Virus record (IMG/VR): IMGVR_UViG_3300038372_000007
Coordinates: 1 to 52,262 of that record
DNA length: 52,262 bases
Direction: 5' to 3' (one strand)
Source of the DNA: a virus
Taxonomy: Duplodnaviria > Caudoviricetes
Made by a program: the position numbers and the translations under genes. Positions 17,274 through 26,623 of this stretch are shown in pieces. Positions within the stretch are counted from its first letter, which is position 1. Each line of letters starts with the position of its first letter. The notes beneath the pieces are model-generated. The model was given only the letters and a program-made list of their open reading frames with translations. It searched no databases and was not told where the DNA came from.

Positions 17274-20240
17274 CTAGGCTTCGACGGCCTTGAGCAGCCT
17301 CACGAGGATGTCCTGGTCGTCGGGTCTGAACTTGCCCAAAGTGATCTCCGTATGCGGAGGGCTGGCGAGGGGCCTATGCACCTTGCGCTGGATAGGCATT
17401 GCCTCGCTCAGGCCCGCTTCGGCCAGCACGACCCATATCTTCTGGCTGAAGGGAACGCTGGTCGTGAGGGGGATCTTGCCGCTGACCGTGACCTGGTCGT
17501 AACCGTGCACCGCCAGCCAGGCCGCGGCTATCGCCGCGCACTCGGCCGCGTCGCCGGCGTCAACGTAGAGTATCCGCTGGATCGCGTCGTCGGGGTCAAT
17601 ACCCGTGAGCGTAGCCGTGCCGCTGACCTCGGGAGAGCTGTTGCGGACGATGACCTTAACCGTCGTCGCGTCCCGGGTGAAGTAGTCCAGCCTGAGGCCT
17701 TCCGGGAAGAACCTCAGGTAACTGGCGGTCGGAGGCTCGAACACCCGGTCCCACATGATTGAGACCGTGGGCGCGGTGAGACTCGCTTCCTTGACCACGT
17801 ACACGATCCAGTCGGTGCCGTCATAGTAGAGATAGTAGAGCACGCCGAACCTTCTCCGCACCTCCTCGAAAGCGTCCAGGGCGCGTTTGCCTATGAGCGA
17901 CAAGGCCCCGGTATCCCCCAGCGCCGGTATGCCGGTGTTGACCAGCGGCGTGCAGATCGCCGTTACTATCGTCCCGAGCGTCGTCCCCAGGTCGTCGCTG
18001 GCGTAATCCGCGACTATGAGCCTATCCGCGAGGATCTGGTCGCCTGAGGAGCAGATGAGCCAGGAGGTCTCAGGCCCAGGCTCCACCTTGAACACCTTGC
18101 CGCGCCACCTCTCCGTGTGCGCCGTCACGTCCCGGATGCCCACTTCCACCACCTTATCTAGGTAGGCCATGGCCCCGCCCGGGCCTCCGTGGACCAGCGT
18201 GAACTTGAGGTAGTCGATGATCGGCGCGTAGTGGCCATCGGCCTTGGCCGTCATCAGTATGCGTAATCGGTACTTCGTGAATTCCGTGAGGGTGAACGTG
18301 TCGCCGTCAGCCAGGGCCATCTCCAAACCCTGCCCCGGCATCTGCGCGGAGGGAGACAGCCAGAGGCCCAAGGTCGTGCCTGCGGGTTCGACGTAGATCA
18401 TGTCGAAGGTCAGGGTGCCCGGCCCGAAGCCGAACCCGGTGACGTACTCGGCGGCATCCGTGACGAACTCATAACAGACTACCTGGAGAGTCCAGTCAAA
18501 CGCCTCGGCCGACCAAACCCCGGCCTTCCACGTCCAGCCTTTGCCGTCGTCGTAAGCCGTATCGGTGCGGGTCCAGAAGCCGTTGGCGGTCGTGACCGGG
18601 ATGATGACGATGGCATACGTCCCGTCGTAGAGAGGCACCGGCGCGGGGAACGTGAACGTGATCCACGCGCCCGCCGTGTTCACCACCTGCGACGGGGAGG
18701 TCGCTATGACCGTTGCGGTAGGTTCTCCTGTGCTGTCGCAGGCGCGGAGTTCGACGTAGATAGTGCGGTTCGCCGCGTCAGTGTCCAGGTGCAGCAGGAC
18801 CTGTTTCAGTAGGCAACCCCCGGCGATGAAGGTCTGCGCCCGCCTGACCGATTCGGTCGTCCAGTACCAGTTGTCCTGGCTGCCGCCGACTAGAGAGAGG
18901 TCCACGGGGATGTGCGTACCCGCCGTCGCCGTTGGGTGCAAAGCACCGTTAGCGGTCTGCATGTTCGTGGACGCTATGGCCTTCGCGTCGCTCCACTCGT
19001 CGGCGGTGTCCACGAGGTGCTCCATCGTGCCGCCCTTGTTGGACACCTCGATGCGGAACTGGCCCAGCTCGCCGTTAGCCGTCTCCCGGACCTCCATGTC
19101 GAAAGCCTTGACCGGGTCGCCGTCTATCTCCAGGCCGTAACTCCCCCAGATAGTCAGCAGGACGTGGACGTGCCAGATGCTGCTGGCCGTGCACCAGGCG
19201 TATGCGTCCTTCACCTGGCCGTCGAAGTACCAGGTGCCTATCGCGGGCTCAGCCGGAGGGGTGTACCGGGCCTTCACGGCCTGCGCCACGCCGCCTGCGG
19301 GAAACGCAGCCCACGCCGCGCCGGTCCAGTACGTCCAGTTTGCCTGCGAAGCGGAAGTGTCCAGGGTCGTGGGAGCGGCCATGGCCGGGCTGGTCGAATA
19401 GCGCAACTTGAAGTGTATCGTCGCGGCGTCTGAGTCAACGTCGGTAGGGGCAACAGCCTCGAAGTAAATCTGGTCGCGCTCCAGGGATGCGCCCGTGGCC
19501 GGGTAGTTGAACGCCGGGGCCGCCAGGGTAGGTTGGTAGGTTATAACAATCTTCCGCTCGACGTGGAGCGAACCTTCGATGGCATAGGTCAAGAGGTTAC
19601 TGCCTGTCGTGAAGCCCGCCAGGTCGAGTTCAGCGCTTTCCACCCCATCCGCCAGGTCGCCTGCGTGGGACGTGGAGGATGCCCCGATGGTCACCGTTGG
19701 GTCGTGGGTTACGGCGGTTTTGGTGCCATAGGTTGAGCATCCGACCGATTGATTGCCCACCAAAGTGCAGGTTCCGCGTTCGTGGGCTGCGCTGACTGTC
19801 TCTCCAATGTGGCTTGTATAACACGACGGAGCAGCACAGCTTAGCGTCGCTTCGCTGCCAGGCGTAAGAAAAGTCTGGGTATAGTACGTGCCCCAAGGGG
19901 CCGTGAGCCAGAGATAAACCCATTGTGCGTCGTCTGTGTCGTTCCGAAGAGTGACCAGGGCAAGGGCCGTATGGTGGCTGAACACGTAGCCCCCAGGCGT
20001 TGCGGGTAGAGTCGCCGAACTCACTCCGGTGTCGCTGGCATAAGAAGTAATCGGACCATCCGCACCTCTCCACGTGATATGAGCGCCGTCTATGTTTGTT
20101 GAAGCCAGCGCGATGGTCTCTGTGCCTGCGGTATGGAGTAGCGCCCAGCCAGTGTCGTAGGTTTTGCTCATTGTTGCCCAACAACCTCCTGTCAGGCATA
20201 AGAGGCTCACCAAGACCGCCCACGCCAGGAATCGCCTCAT
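17274..20240 (-). CDS. Large tail/baseplate-hub-like protein with beta-sandwich domains and a signal-peptide-like N-terminus
   Basis: Follows the Dit-like gene. GAGGAGG RBS before MRRFLAWAVLV. T/G/W-rich. Confidence 0.65.
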   Translation of the reverse strand: MRRFLAWAVLVSLLCLTGGCWATMSKTYDTGWALLHTAGTETIALASTNIDGAHITWRGADGPITSYASDTGVSSATLPATPGGYVFSHHTALALVTLRNDTDDAQWVYLWLTAPWGTYYTQTFLTPGSEATLSCAAPSCYTSHIGETVSAAHERGTCTLVGNQSVGCSTYGTKTAVTHDPTVTIGASSTSHAGDLADGVESAELDLAGFTTGSNLLTYAIEGSLHVERKIVITYQPTLAAPAFNYPATGASLERDQIYFEAVAPTDVDSDAATIHFKLRYSTSPAMAAPTTLDTSASQANWTYWTGAAWAAFPAGGVAQAVKARYTPPAEPAIGTWYFDGQVKDAYAWCTASSIWHVHVLLTIWGSYGLEIDGDPVKAFDMEVRETANGELGQFRIEVSNKGGTMEHLVDTADEWSDAKAIASTNMQTANGALHPTATAGTHIPVDLSLVGGSQDNWYWTTESVRRAQTFIAGGCLLKQVLLHLDTDAANRTIYVELRACDSTGEPTATVIATSPSQVVNTAGAWITFTFPAPVPLYDGTYAIVIIPVTTANGFWTRTDTAYDDGKGWTWKAGVWSAEAFDWTLQVVCYEFVTDAAEYVTGFGFGPGTLTFDMIYVEPAGTTLGLWLSPSAQMPGQGLEMALADGDTFTLTEFTKYRLRILMTAKADGHYAPIIDYLKFTLVHGGPGGAMAYLDKVVEVGIRDVTAHTERWRGKVFKVEPGPETSWLICSSGDQILADRLIVADYASDDLGTTLGTIVTAICTPLVNTGIPALGDTGALSLIGKRALDAFEEVRRRFGVLYYLYYDGTDWIVYVVKEASLTAPTVSIMWDRVFEPPTASYLRFFPEGLRLDYFTRDATTVKVIVRNSSPEVSGTATLTGIDPDDAIQRILYVDAGDAAECAAIAAAWLAVHGYDQVTVSGKIPLTTSVPFSQKIWVVLAEAGLSEAMPIQRKVHRPLASPPHTEITLGKFRPDDQDILVRLLKAVEA

Positions 20241-20287
20241 CGTGGATACCTCCTCACGATGAAGATGATGTCCAATCGCGGCAGATG

Positions 20288-20671
20288 TCAATAGAGCCTA
20301 GCCCCGGTACTCGTTAGATACGGAACCGGATCGCTGGCCGTGAAGAGCATGGTCACTTCATGGTGTCCCGGCCACAGGAACCGCTCGTCCTGAATCGAGC
20401 CGCTCGTGTCAGCGTAGTACTGGCCGTCTGTCACCCCAGCATACGCAAGGTAAAGGTAAGCCGAAACATCGGCGTGGCAGACGGCGCGGAGGGCGATCAG
20501 GTCAGCGTCCGAGGCCACAGATACGGTGCACCTGATGATGGTGGCTGGCCTGCCCATGTAAAACCTCTCGGTTATGTCCGTGCCGGGGTAGTGCCGAAAG
20601 GACTCCGCCGTCGCAGGCGTGATGATGAGGGTGTCCTCTTTCAGGTTCAGGGTGAGGGTGCCGAACATCAT
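20288..20671 (-). CDS. Distal tail (Dit-like) protein
   Basis: Directly after the tape measure gene, with C-terminal FTASDP. Confidence 0.6.
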   Translation of the reverse strand: MMFGTLTLNLKEDTLIITPATAESFRHYPGTDITERFYMGRPATIIRCTVSVASDADLIALRAVCHADVSAYLYLAYAGVTDGQYYADTSGSIQDERFLWPGHHEVTMLFTASDPVPYLTSTGARLY

Positions 20672-22608
20672 CAGACGCCCCTCCTCTGCTGGTTGAACGT
20701 GTTGAGGAGATCCGCTACCGCCGCCTGCGCCCCGCGCCTAACGCCGAACTCGTCGGTAGGACCGTAGAACTGGAGGGTCTGGCTGACGGTGGTGGGCCCT
20801 ATGCTTGACAGCGGGGTGATCGCTTCGGGACCGCGCTCGCCTACCAGGGCCAACGTGGGACGCCAAGCGATGCCGCCGGTGGCATACCCTGGCGGGGGAG
20901 CATACTCCTCGGTTTTCCTACCTGGCGGCATCCAAACGCGAGAGGGAAGCAGCGTTTGCATCTTCAAAGCTTCTTCGTACTTGCCCGCTTGGAACAGAGC
21001 CTGAATCTTATCGAATACCATCGTTAGCCCAGCGATCTGTTCGGGGGTGAGCGCGTATCCCATTTCCTTCTTCGTGGCCTTAATCTCGTCCTGAAGGTCC
21101 CGATAGGCTATCCTGGCGTTTATGAGGTCCAGGGTGAGCTTCCGCGTGCCCTCTGAGGCAGCGCCCTCGGCCAGAGTCATAGTGTCCACCGCGCCAGTCA
21201 GTAGGGCAATCGTGTCGCGCACGAGGTCTAACTCGTCGTACTGCTCTTCGAGTTGGGCGTTCAGGGTTTCCATTTTCGATGCGGAAGGCAACAGGCCGCC
21301 GGTAAACAGGTCGTACTTGGCCTTCACGATGTCTATCTCGATGCCGACAGCGGAAAGTTTGTCGGCCAGGGCGTCGAGGAAAGCCTCCATGCTCGGCTTA
21401 CCGGCAGGCGGCTTCTCCGGGCTAGGCGGGACAGCTCCGGCAATCGTCTTCTCCATCGCCGCCATCTCGCCCGCCAACCGCTCTTTGCCAAGCGCACCGC
21501 CCAGCCGTATATCTAGTGCGGCAGCGGCACCTTGTTCCCGGTAATGGTTGATCGTCTCGGCAATCTTCTGGCCCACCTGGAAGGCCGCTGCAGATACTAC
21601 GGCAATGGCAAACAGTTCGGGATTCGCTTTGATTGCAAGCCCCGCCGCTGTGATCCAACCTGCGAGTTTCCCGAAGTTCGTAGCCAAGGCGCCTATGACG
21701 GCCACGCCAGGGCCAAGAAGAATCAGCCCGCCAAGAACGGTTTCCAGCGAGCCTTTGGCCGTCGGGCTGAGGTTGACGAATCCATCGGTCAGATCGCCGA
21801 TCTTCCCAATGAATTTGCCCATGGCGGGAATGACCTTATCTTCGAGATACGGCACTAGTTCCTTTTCCAGGAGCGGCAGGAACCTCTCTGCCAGCTCCAT
21901 CCCGGCCATCGCTAGTCGCTGTTTGAGTGCATCCATCTTGTCGTTGAAGTCCGCGAGCGCCTTAATCGTCCCTGGGCTTACCAGGCCCAGCCTGTGCGCT
22001 TCGGCTGTGAAGGCTTCAATGCCTGCCGCGCCTGCGTCGAGCATGGGGATGAGCTCTTTCGCCCGGGTCCCGAAAATCTGCATAAGCCGGTCGTTCCGGT
22101 CAACTCCGGGTGACATCTCGGCCAGCGCCTTGATGGTCTCAGGGAGGATGTCGTTCATGTCCCGGAAGGTGTCGTCAGCGTTCTTGGTCTGGATTCTGAG
22201 GCGGCTGAACGCCTCAGCTATCTCCGAGCCTTCCTTGTCCGCGTCCACCATGTTCCGGGTCATGGTCGCCACGGCCATGGTGATGGCCTCGAAGGTCGTG
22301 TTGGTCTGCGAGGCGACGTACCGCATCTCCTGGAGCCGTCCCACGCTGAGGCCCGTCTGCTTCGACATGGCCTCCAGCGCTGCCGCCGCCGCAGCCGATT
22401 TGGTGACCAGGGCCAGTATCGCCGTACCCGCGCCAAGTATGGGCAAGGTGAGGCCCTTGGTCAGGGCGGCCCCGGCGGCGGTCATGGACTTGCCCATCTC
22501 TTCGAGGCTTTTCCCGGCGGTGGCGATCTTCGCGCTGACCGTCGCCATGGCGTTGTCGAACTCGGCGTACTTGGCCGCGAGGACGACGTAAATCTTCTTG
22601 AGCTCCGT
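20671..22608 (-). CDS. Tail tape measure protein (predicted start is ACG at 22608; first ATG at 22548)
   Basis: Ala/Gly-rich helical protein with GLTLPILG and C-terminal YATGG...LVGERGPEAITPL. Confidence 0.9.
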   Translation of the reverse strand, partial: TELKKIYVVLAAKYAEFDNAMATVSAKIATAGKSLEEMGKSMTAAGAALTKGLTLPILGAGTAILALVTKSAAAAAALEAMSKQTGLSVGRLQEMRYVASQTNTTFEAITMAVATMTRNMVDADKEGSEIAEAFSRLRIQTKNADDTFRDMNDILPETIKALAEMSPGVDRNDRLMQIFGTRAKELIPMLDAGAAGIEAFTAEAHRLGLVSPGTIKALADFNDKMDALKQRLAMAGMELAERFLPLLEKELVPYLEDKVIPAMGKFIGKIGDLTDGFVNLSPTAKGSLETVLGGLILLGPGVAVIGALATNFGKLAGWITAAGLAIKANPELFAIAVVSAAAFQVGQKIAETINHYREQGAAAALDIRLGGALGKERLAGEMAAMEKTIAGAVPPSPEKPPAGKPSMEAFLDALADKLSAVGIEIDIVKAKYDLFTGGLLPSASKMETLNAQLEEQYDELDLVRDTIALLTGAVDTMTLAEGAASEGTRKLTLDLINARIAYRDLQDEIKATKKEMGYALTPEQIAGLTMVFDKIQALFQAGKYEEALKMQTLLPSRVWMPPGRKTEEYAPPPGYATGGIAWRPTLALVGERGPEAITPLSSIGPTTVSQTLQFYGPTDEFGVRRGAQAAVADLLNTFNQQRRGV

Positions 22609-22613
22609 CTATG

Positions 22614-22820
22614 TCACCCCGCCTTCTTGGCGAGCGTCAAGAGTTCCTTGAGGCTCATTTTCCGGGGAGGCGGGCCTTGTGCTTCCTTCTCCGCAAGGGA
22701 GACGACCGCTGCCTCATCTATCCAGAAGCGCAGCGCGCCGCCCCAGAGGTACTCGGACGGCGCCTTGTGCCAGTATTGCCCTACCAGCGCGACTCTTTGG
22801 AACTCGTCACTTCTGGCGAA
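22614..22820 (-). CDS. Frameshift extension (gpT-like part) of the tail assembly chaperone
   Basis: Open +1 frame FARSDEF...YWHKAPSEYL...FWIDEAA...KKAG* with no RBS of its own. Entered at TCC TTT CGC. Confidence 0.7.
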   Translation of the reverse strand, partial: FARSDEFQRVALVGQYWHKAPSEYLWGGALRFWIDEAAVVSLAEKEAQGPPPRKMSLKELLTLAKKAG

Positions 22821-23226
22821 AGGAGGCGAGGGCCTCCAGATCCCCCAGGTTCCCGAGAACGTGGTTCGCTATCGCCAGCTCCTGCTCAAGCGTCAGCGGA
22901 TGAATTGCCGCGATCTGGTCGTATGTGGGTTCAACGAGCATCTCTTGAGCAATGAGGTCGAGGAAGCCCAGGAACGCATCGGCACCCTTCTCATCGATTG
23001 CGACGCCCGCCTCGCGCTCCAGGTCCTCGGCCTTCGCTCCGGTTTTGGCCTGTTCTCGGATGCTACCGATGAGGGGGTTCACGAGTCCGGCGGCCAGGAG
23101 CCGCGGGGTTAATCGGAGCACGGGCTGCACCGCCACGTTGATGGTCGTCCCTGGCCTGAACCCCGGTATCTCGATGATGTCAGGCTCCGCCTGCGCCCTG
23201 ATCTCGTCTATTGGCGTGACTTTCAT
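22807..23226 (-). CDS. Tail assembly chaperone (gpG-like)
   Basis: Between the major tail and tape measure genes. Contains EPTY and ends ...SFRQK*. Confidence 0.75.
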   Translation of the reverse strand: MKVTPIDEIRAQAEPDIIEIPGFRPGTTINVAVQPVLRLTPRLLAAGLVNPLIGSIREQAKTGAKAEDLEREAGVAIDEKGADAFLGFLDLIAQEMLVEPTYDQIAAIHPLTLEQELAIANHVLGNLGDLEALASFRQK

Positions 23227-23239
23227 GTCAACTCTCCTT

Positions 23240-23809
23240 CTAGGTGATCGCCACCGCGGTCTCGTTCATGATTATAGCCATGAGCCGGTGCTTTGCGGAG
23301 ACGGTCCCGGTGGTGTGTATGAACCGGATGGTCGCCGTGATCTTGGCGAAGTCGCCCGAGTTGTCGGCCATCTCCCAGTCCGCCCCGGCCTGGAGCTTGC
23401 CCTTGTAGAAAACCACGTGGACGTCGCCTACATCGGCGTATGTCGCCTGTCCCTCGATCTTCACGTACTCGGCATCGTCTGCCGACGACAGGTCGTAAGT
23501 CTGGATCTCGTTCGGCGTGGTGCCCGTGTTCGCGACCGTGCCGCCCATGAGCATGTCGAGGATGTTCAGCGGGATCTTGGCGTTGGTAAGTTTGAGATCA
23601 ACGTAGTCCGCGTGGGAGTAGAGGTCGATTATCACGCTGTCCCCGCGCAGTTCCTTGGTGATGAAGTGCGGAGCTACCCCCAGGCTGAGGACGCCCGGGA
23701 TGTCCACCGGCGAGCCGTAGGTCGGGGAGCCTCCCGCGGTATCCGCCGACTGCAAGAACACTTTGGCGTCAGCCAACTCGAAAACCTTGGTTTCGGTTGT
23801 GAGAGCCAT
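23240..23809 (-). CDS. Major tail (tube) protein
   Basis: PTYGSPVDIPG...ELRGD, with typical size and synteny. Confidence 0.8.
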   Translation of the reverse strand: MALTTETKVFELADAKVFLQSADTAGGSPTYGSPVDIPGVLSLGVAPHFITKELRGDSVIIDLYSHADYVDLKLTNAKIPLNILDMLMGGTVANTGTTPNEIQTYDLSSADDAEYVKIEGQATYADVGDVHVVFYKGKLQAGADWEMADNSGDFAKITATIRFIHTTGTVSAKHRLMAIIMNETAVAIT

Positions 23810-23824
23810 GTCTTTCGCCTCCTG

Positions 23825-24172
23825 TTAGCCTGTGTTCACAAATTGAATGGCCGCCACCGTCACGCTTGCCACCTGGTCATAACCCACGTTGACGTAGTTC
23901 GAGGAGTCGTTGAACCTCTTCGGATTGAACGGCCCGATCATCTTGTCGCCGCTCGTCTTGACCACGGTGACTGAAACATCGTGCATGGAACCCTGGTCGC
24001 ACGCTGTCGGCGAATCGACTGTCACCGCGCAGTTCGAACCGCCGCCTGCGTTCTTCACCTGGAGGAACGTCCTGCCATCATTCGTGAAGTAGTTGCCCGC
24101 CGCCGCAGCAGCCGCATACGAGGGCGTTGTGCCCGCGATGGCGATCACCTGCACCGTCAGAGCCGTAGCCAT
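23825..24172 (-). CDS. Small beta-rich virion protein, paralog 2
   Basis: Tandem paralog of 24188-24532. Confidence 0.75.
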   Translation of the reverse strand: MATALTVQVIAIAGTTPSYAAAAAAGNYFTNDGRTFLQVKNAGGGSNCAVTVDSPTACDQGSMHDVSVTVVKTSGDKMIGPFNPKRFNDSSNYVNVGYDQVASVTVAAIQFVNTG

Positions 24173-24187
24173 GATCCTCTACCTCCC

Positions 24188-24532
24188 TTAACCCGTATTC
24201 ACGAACTGGATCGCCGCCACCGTGATGCCGGTCACCTGGCTGTAGGTCGCCGTGACTTTGCCCGCCGAGCTGTTGAACCTCTTCGGGTTGAACGGGCCGA
24301 TCATCTTGTCGCCCGTGGTGGCCCCGACAGTCACCGTGACGTCGTGAGCCTCGCCCTGGTCGCAGAGCGTGGGCGAGTCGACGGTCACCGTAGTCGAGGC
24401 GCCGGAGTTCTTCACCTGGAGAAAGGTCCTGCCGTCGTTCACGAAATCATTCCCGTCCGCAGCAGCCGCGCCGTAGGTCGGCGTAATCCCGGTAACGGCC
24501 ATCACCTGCACCGTGAGAGTCACAATTGACAC
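24188..24532 (-). CDS. Small beta-rich virion protein, paralog 1
   Basis: Shares NDGRTFLQVKN, GDKMIGPFNPKRFN and TVAAIQFVNTG with its neighbour. Confidence 0.75.
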   Translation of the reverse strand: MSIVTLTVQVMAVTGITPTYGAAAADGNDFVNDGRTFLQVKNSGASTTVTVDSPTLCDQGEAHDVTVTVGATTGDKMIGPFNPKRFNSSAGKVTATYSQVTGITVAAIQFVNTG

Positions 24533-24550
24533 AAGCCTCAGCCTCCTTCG

Positions 24551-24937
24551 TCAGTCTCGCGTAGTCACGAGTTCAAGGTTGAACACCCAAAACCACCTGC
24601 CGTTCTGATCCTGGCCCATGAGTTCCGGGGGTTGCATCGCCTTGCAACTCGCTCGCCTGCCGCCGGGGAGGACGAGGCACCTAGCCCCCGGCTTATCCAG
24701 GAGGTTGAACACGCTCCAGGCCTTGGCGTAACCCGTGTCGTATCCCGAGTGCCTCACCCTGACCTGCACCGTGCGGCGGAGGTCCTGGAGCTGCGAGTAG
24801 GAGCCGGGACCTGCGGTGTCGTAGAGGACCACCACGTCCGCCGGTTCGTCGGGCTGCCGGTCGAGGAAGATGTCAGCGGCTACCGTGCCCAGCCCGTGGT
24901 CGTGCAAATGCTGGCCCAGGTCGTCCAGTAGAGACAC
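24551..24937 (-). CDS. Tail terminator ('minor capsid' family)
   Basis: QPDEPADVVVLYDTAG, VQVRVR and GQDQNGRW...FN. Confidence 0.8.
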   Translation of the reverse strand: MSLLDDLGQHLHDHGLGTVAADIFLDRQPDEPADVVVLYDTAGPGSYSQLQDLRRTVQVRVRHSGYDTGYAKAWSVFNLLDKPGARCLVLPGGRRASCKAMQPPELMGQDQNGRWFWVFNLELVTTRD

Positions 24938-24938
24938 G

Positions 24939-25487
24939 TCATTTGCCCCCCGTCACCTTTTCGTCCACTCGTGCGGCTATCCGCTCCGCCATGCCCTGCA
25001 TCCTGGCGTTCATCGGTCGCTCAAGATACTTGCTGCCCTTGTAACCCGGGTGACTCACTTTCTTGCCCAGGATGACGTAGTAGCCGTCCTTCGATAGGCT
25101 GGGCAGTTGGCCGGAGCCGTAGGGGTTCGGGGTCTTGCGGCCCCCGCGCCTCCAGCGGCCTTCGGGCACGGCCAAGACTTGCGCCGCCACCGGCCTGATC
25201 TCGTGAGGAGCGAAGCCTTCGTGGACCAGCACCGCATAAGGAGCCGCCACGCCGCCGTATCCCACTTCGACGGTGGCGGTCGCTTCGTCAGGCTTCACAT
25301 AGCCGGAGTTCTTGAGGGCGGCAACGTCCGTGTTGCCCACGTTGACTTCCTTCTTCGAGTCCGTCATCAGAAGTTCGGCTTCCTCGACCAGCGCCGAGAA
25401 CGTCTCGCGAGGATACGCCTTCGCCAACTCCTTGAGCTGGGCTTGCAGCTCTTCCATGCCCTCGACCCTGACCTCGAACTTGCCCAT
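24939..25487 (-). CDS. HK97 gp10-like tail completion protein
   Basis: VEGMEEL, LKNSG, YAVLVHEG and KYLERP. Confidence 0.75.
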   Translation of the reverse strand: MGKFEVRVEGMEELQAQLKELAKAYPRETFSALVEEAELLMTDSKKEVNVGNTDVAALKNSGYVKPDEATATVEVGYGGVAAPYAVLVHEGFAPHEIRPVAAQVLAVPEGRWRRGGRKTPNPYGSGQLPSLSKDGYYVILGKKVSHPGYKGSKYLERPMNARMQGMAERIAARVDEKVTGGK

Positions 25488-25837
25488 CAGGTGAAGACCT
25501 CCACGTAGTAGGTCTCGCCCTTTTCGTCCGGCATCACCGTCGCCGAGATGATGGGCGGCTGGGTGCCGTCAGGCAGGGTCAGCCTGGCGTTCACCAGGTT
25601 CTGCGTCGTGGTGAAGCGGCTGGCAAGGATCGTGCCGTTGAGGTAGACCTGTACCGTGCTCACCCGTTCCTCGCCCTTCGAGTCCCTCACCATGCGGTTT
25701 CTCTGCACGACCCGGGCCATCTCCCGGAAGGGCTGGCCGTAGGTAGGTTCGGCGTGTGCGTTCATGCCCGTGCGCGGCTCCAGGATGACCTCCTGCTGGA
25801 ACCATTCGAGGAAATCCTGCTCTACTCCGGTAGACAT
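25487..25837 (-). CDS. Head closure / head-tail adaptor
   Basis: Synteny and RMVRDSKGEERVST...LPDG. Confidence 0.65.
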   Translation of the reverse strand: MSTGVEQDFLEWFQQEVILEPRTGMNAHAEPTYGQPFREMARVVQRNRMVRDSKGEERVSTVQVYLNGTILASRFTTTQNLVNARLTLPDGTQPPIISATVMPDEKGETYYVEVFT

Positions 25838-25856
25838 TCGCCCCTTCCCCCCGTCG

Positions 25857-26231
25857 CTACGCTTCCGGTTCTTCCGTCGCGGCCTGCTCCATCATGGCCT
25901 TCTTGAAGAGCGGGTCGCCCTGGTCGGCGGTCGTCGGGCCGCAGACCGCACCGGCCTGCTGCATGAGGTCCACGGCCAACTGCCGGTACGAAGCGACCTT
26001 CTGGCTAAGGCTGATCCTGAGGTCGCCGATGGACTTGTCGGCCAGGCGCGAGAACTTGGCTGCGATAGCCGAGGCCGCTTTGCTCGCCGTGACCGTGACG
26101 TTGATCCACGCTGCCAGGAGGTATGCGATCTCCAGGTCGGTCAGGAGCTGGTCGTCCGTGTCGGTGTCGCCAACCATGAACCTAACTTCATCCCTGGTGG
26201 AGGTCGCAGGGTCGGTGTACGTCCAAGTCAT
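25857..26231 (-). CDS. Head-tail connector protein
   Basis: VRFMVGDTD...LLTDLEI...IGDLRIS. Confidence 0.75.
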   Translation of the reverse strand: MTWTYTDPATSTRDEVRFMVGDTDTDDQLLTDLEIAYLLAAWINVTVTASKAASAIAAKFSRLADKSIGDLRISLSQKVASYRQLAVDLMQQAGAVCGPTTADQGDPLFKKAMMEQAATEEPEA

Positions 26232-26244
26232 TTCCGCTCACCAC

Positions 26245-26604
26245 CTAGAAAGACGCCCCAGCGTACTGGGTCGAGAGTTTCCCGTTGTCGCCAGCCCCGG
26301 CGGGCTGAACCTGAATCTTGAGGTTCGTGTAATAGGCCGTGACGGACTTCGTGGTCGGGGCCGCCGCCGCAGTCAGAAGGAAGGACGCCTCGACCTCGTG
26401 CGGGTATGTCGCCCCGCCGTCCATGCTGCCCAGGATTTTGGCGTTGAGGTTGTGGGTTGTAGCCGCAAATGAGAACGCTTTGGTCTTGAGGAGCATGCAA
26501 TCCCAGGTCCCCGCGTCCGCCCATGTATCCGCGACGGTCGTGTAGTCGACGAAAGCGTCGTACAGAGCCACCAGAGGGCGTGTGCTGAGCCGTTGCTCGC
26601 CCAT
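26245..26604 (-). CDS. Hypothetical beta-rich virion protein
   Basis: ORF with a GAGGAG RBS in the head module. Confidence 0.6.
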   Translation of the reverse strand: MGEQRLSTRPLVALYDAFVDYTTVADTWADAGTWDCMLLKTKAFSFAATTHNLNAKILGSMDGGATYPHEVEASFLLTAAAAPTTKSVTAYYTNLKIQVQPAGAGDNGKLSTQYAGASF

Positions 26605-26623
26605 GTCATATCTCTCCTCTCTC

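Noticed and set aside
22606-22612. In-frame TAG before the tape measure gene as evidence of stop-codon recoding
   Set aside because: TAG terminates many intact genes normally (integrase, RecT, MuF, major tail), and genes are not fragmented.
23825-24532. Diversity-generating retroelement template/variable repeat pair
   Set aside because: There is no reverse transcriptase, both copies are full genes, and the differences are not adenine-specific.
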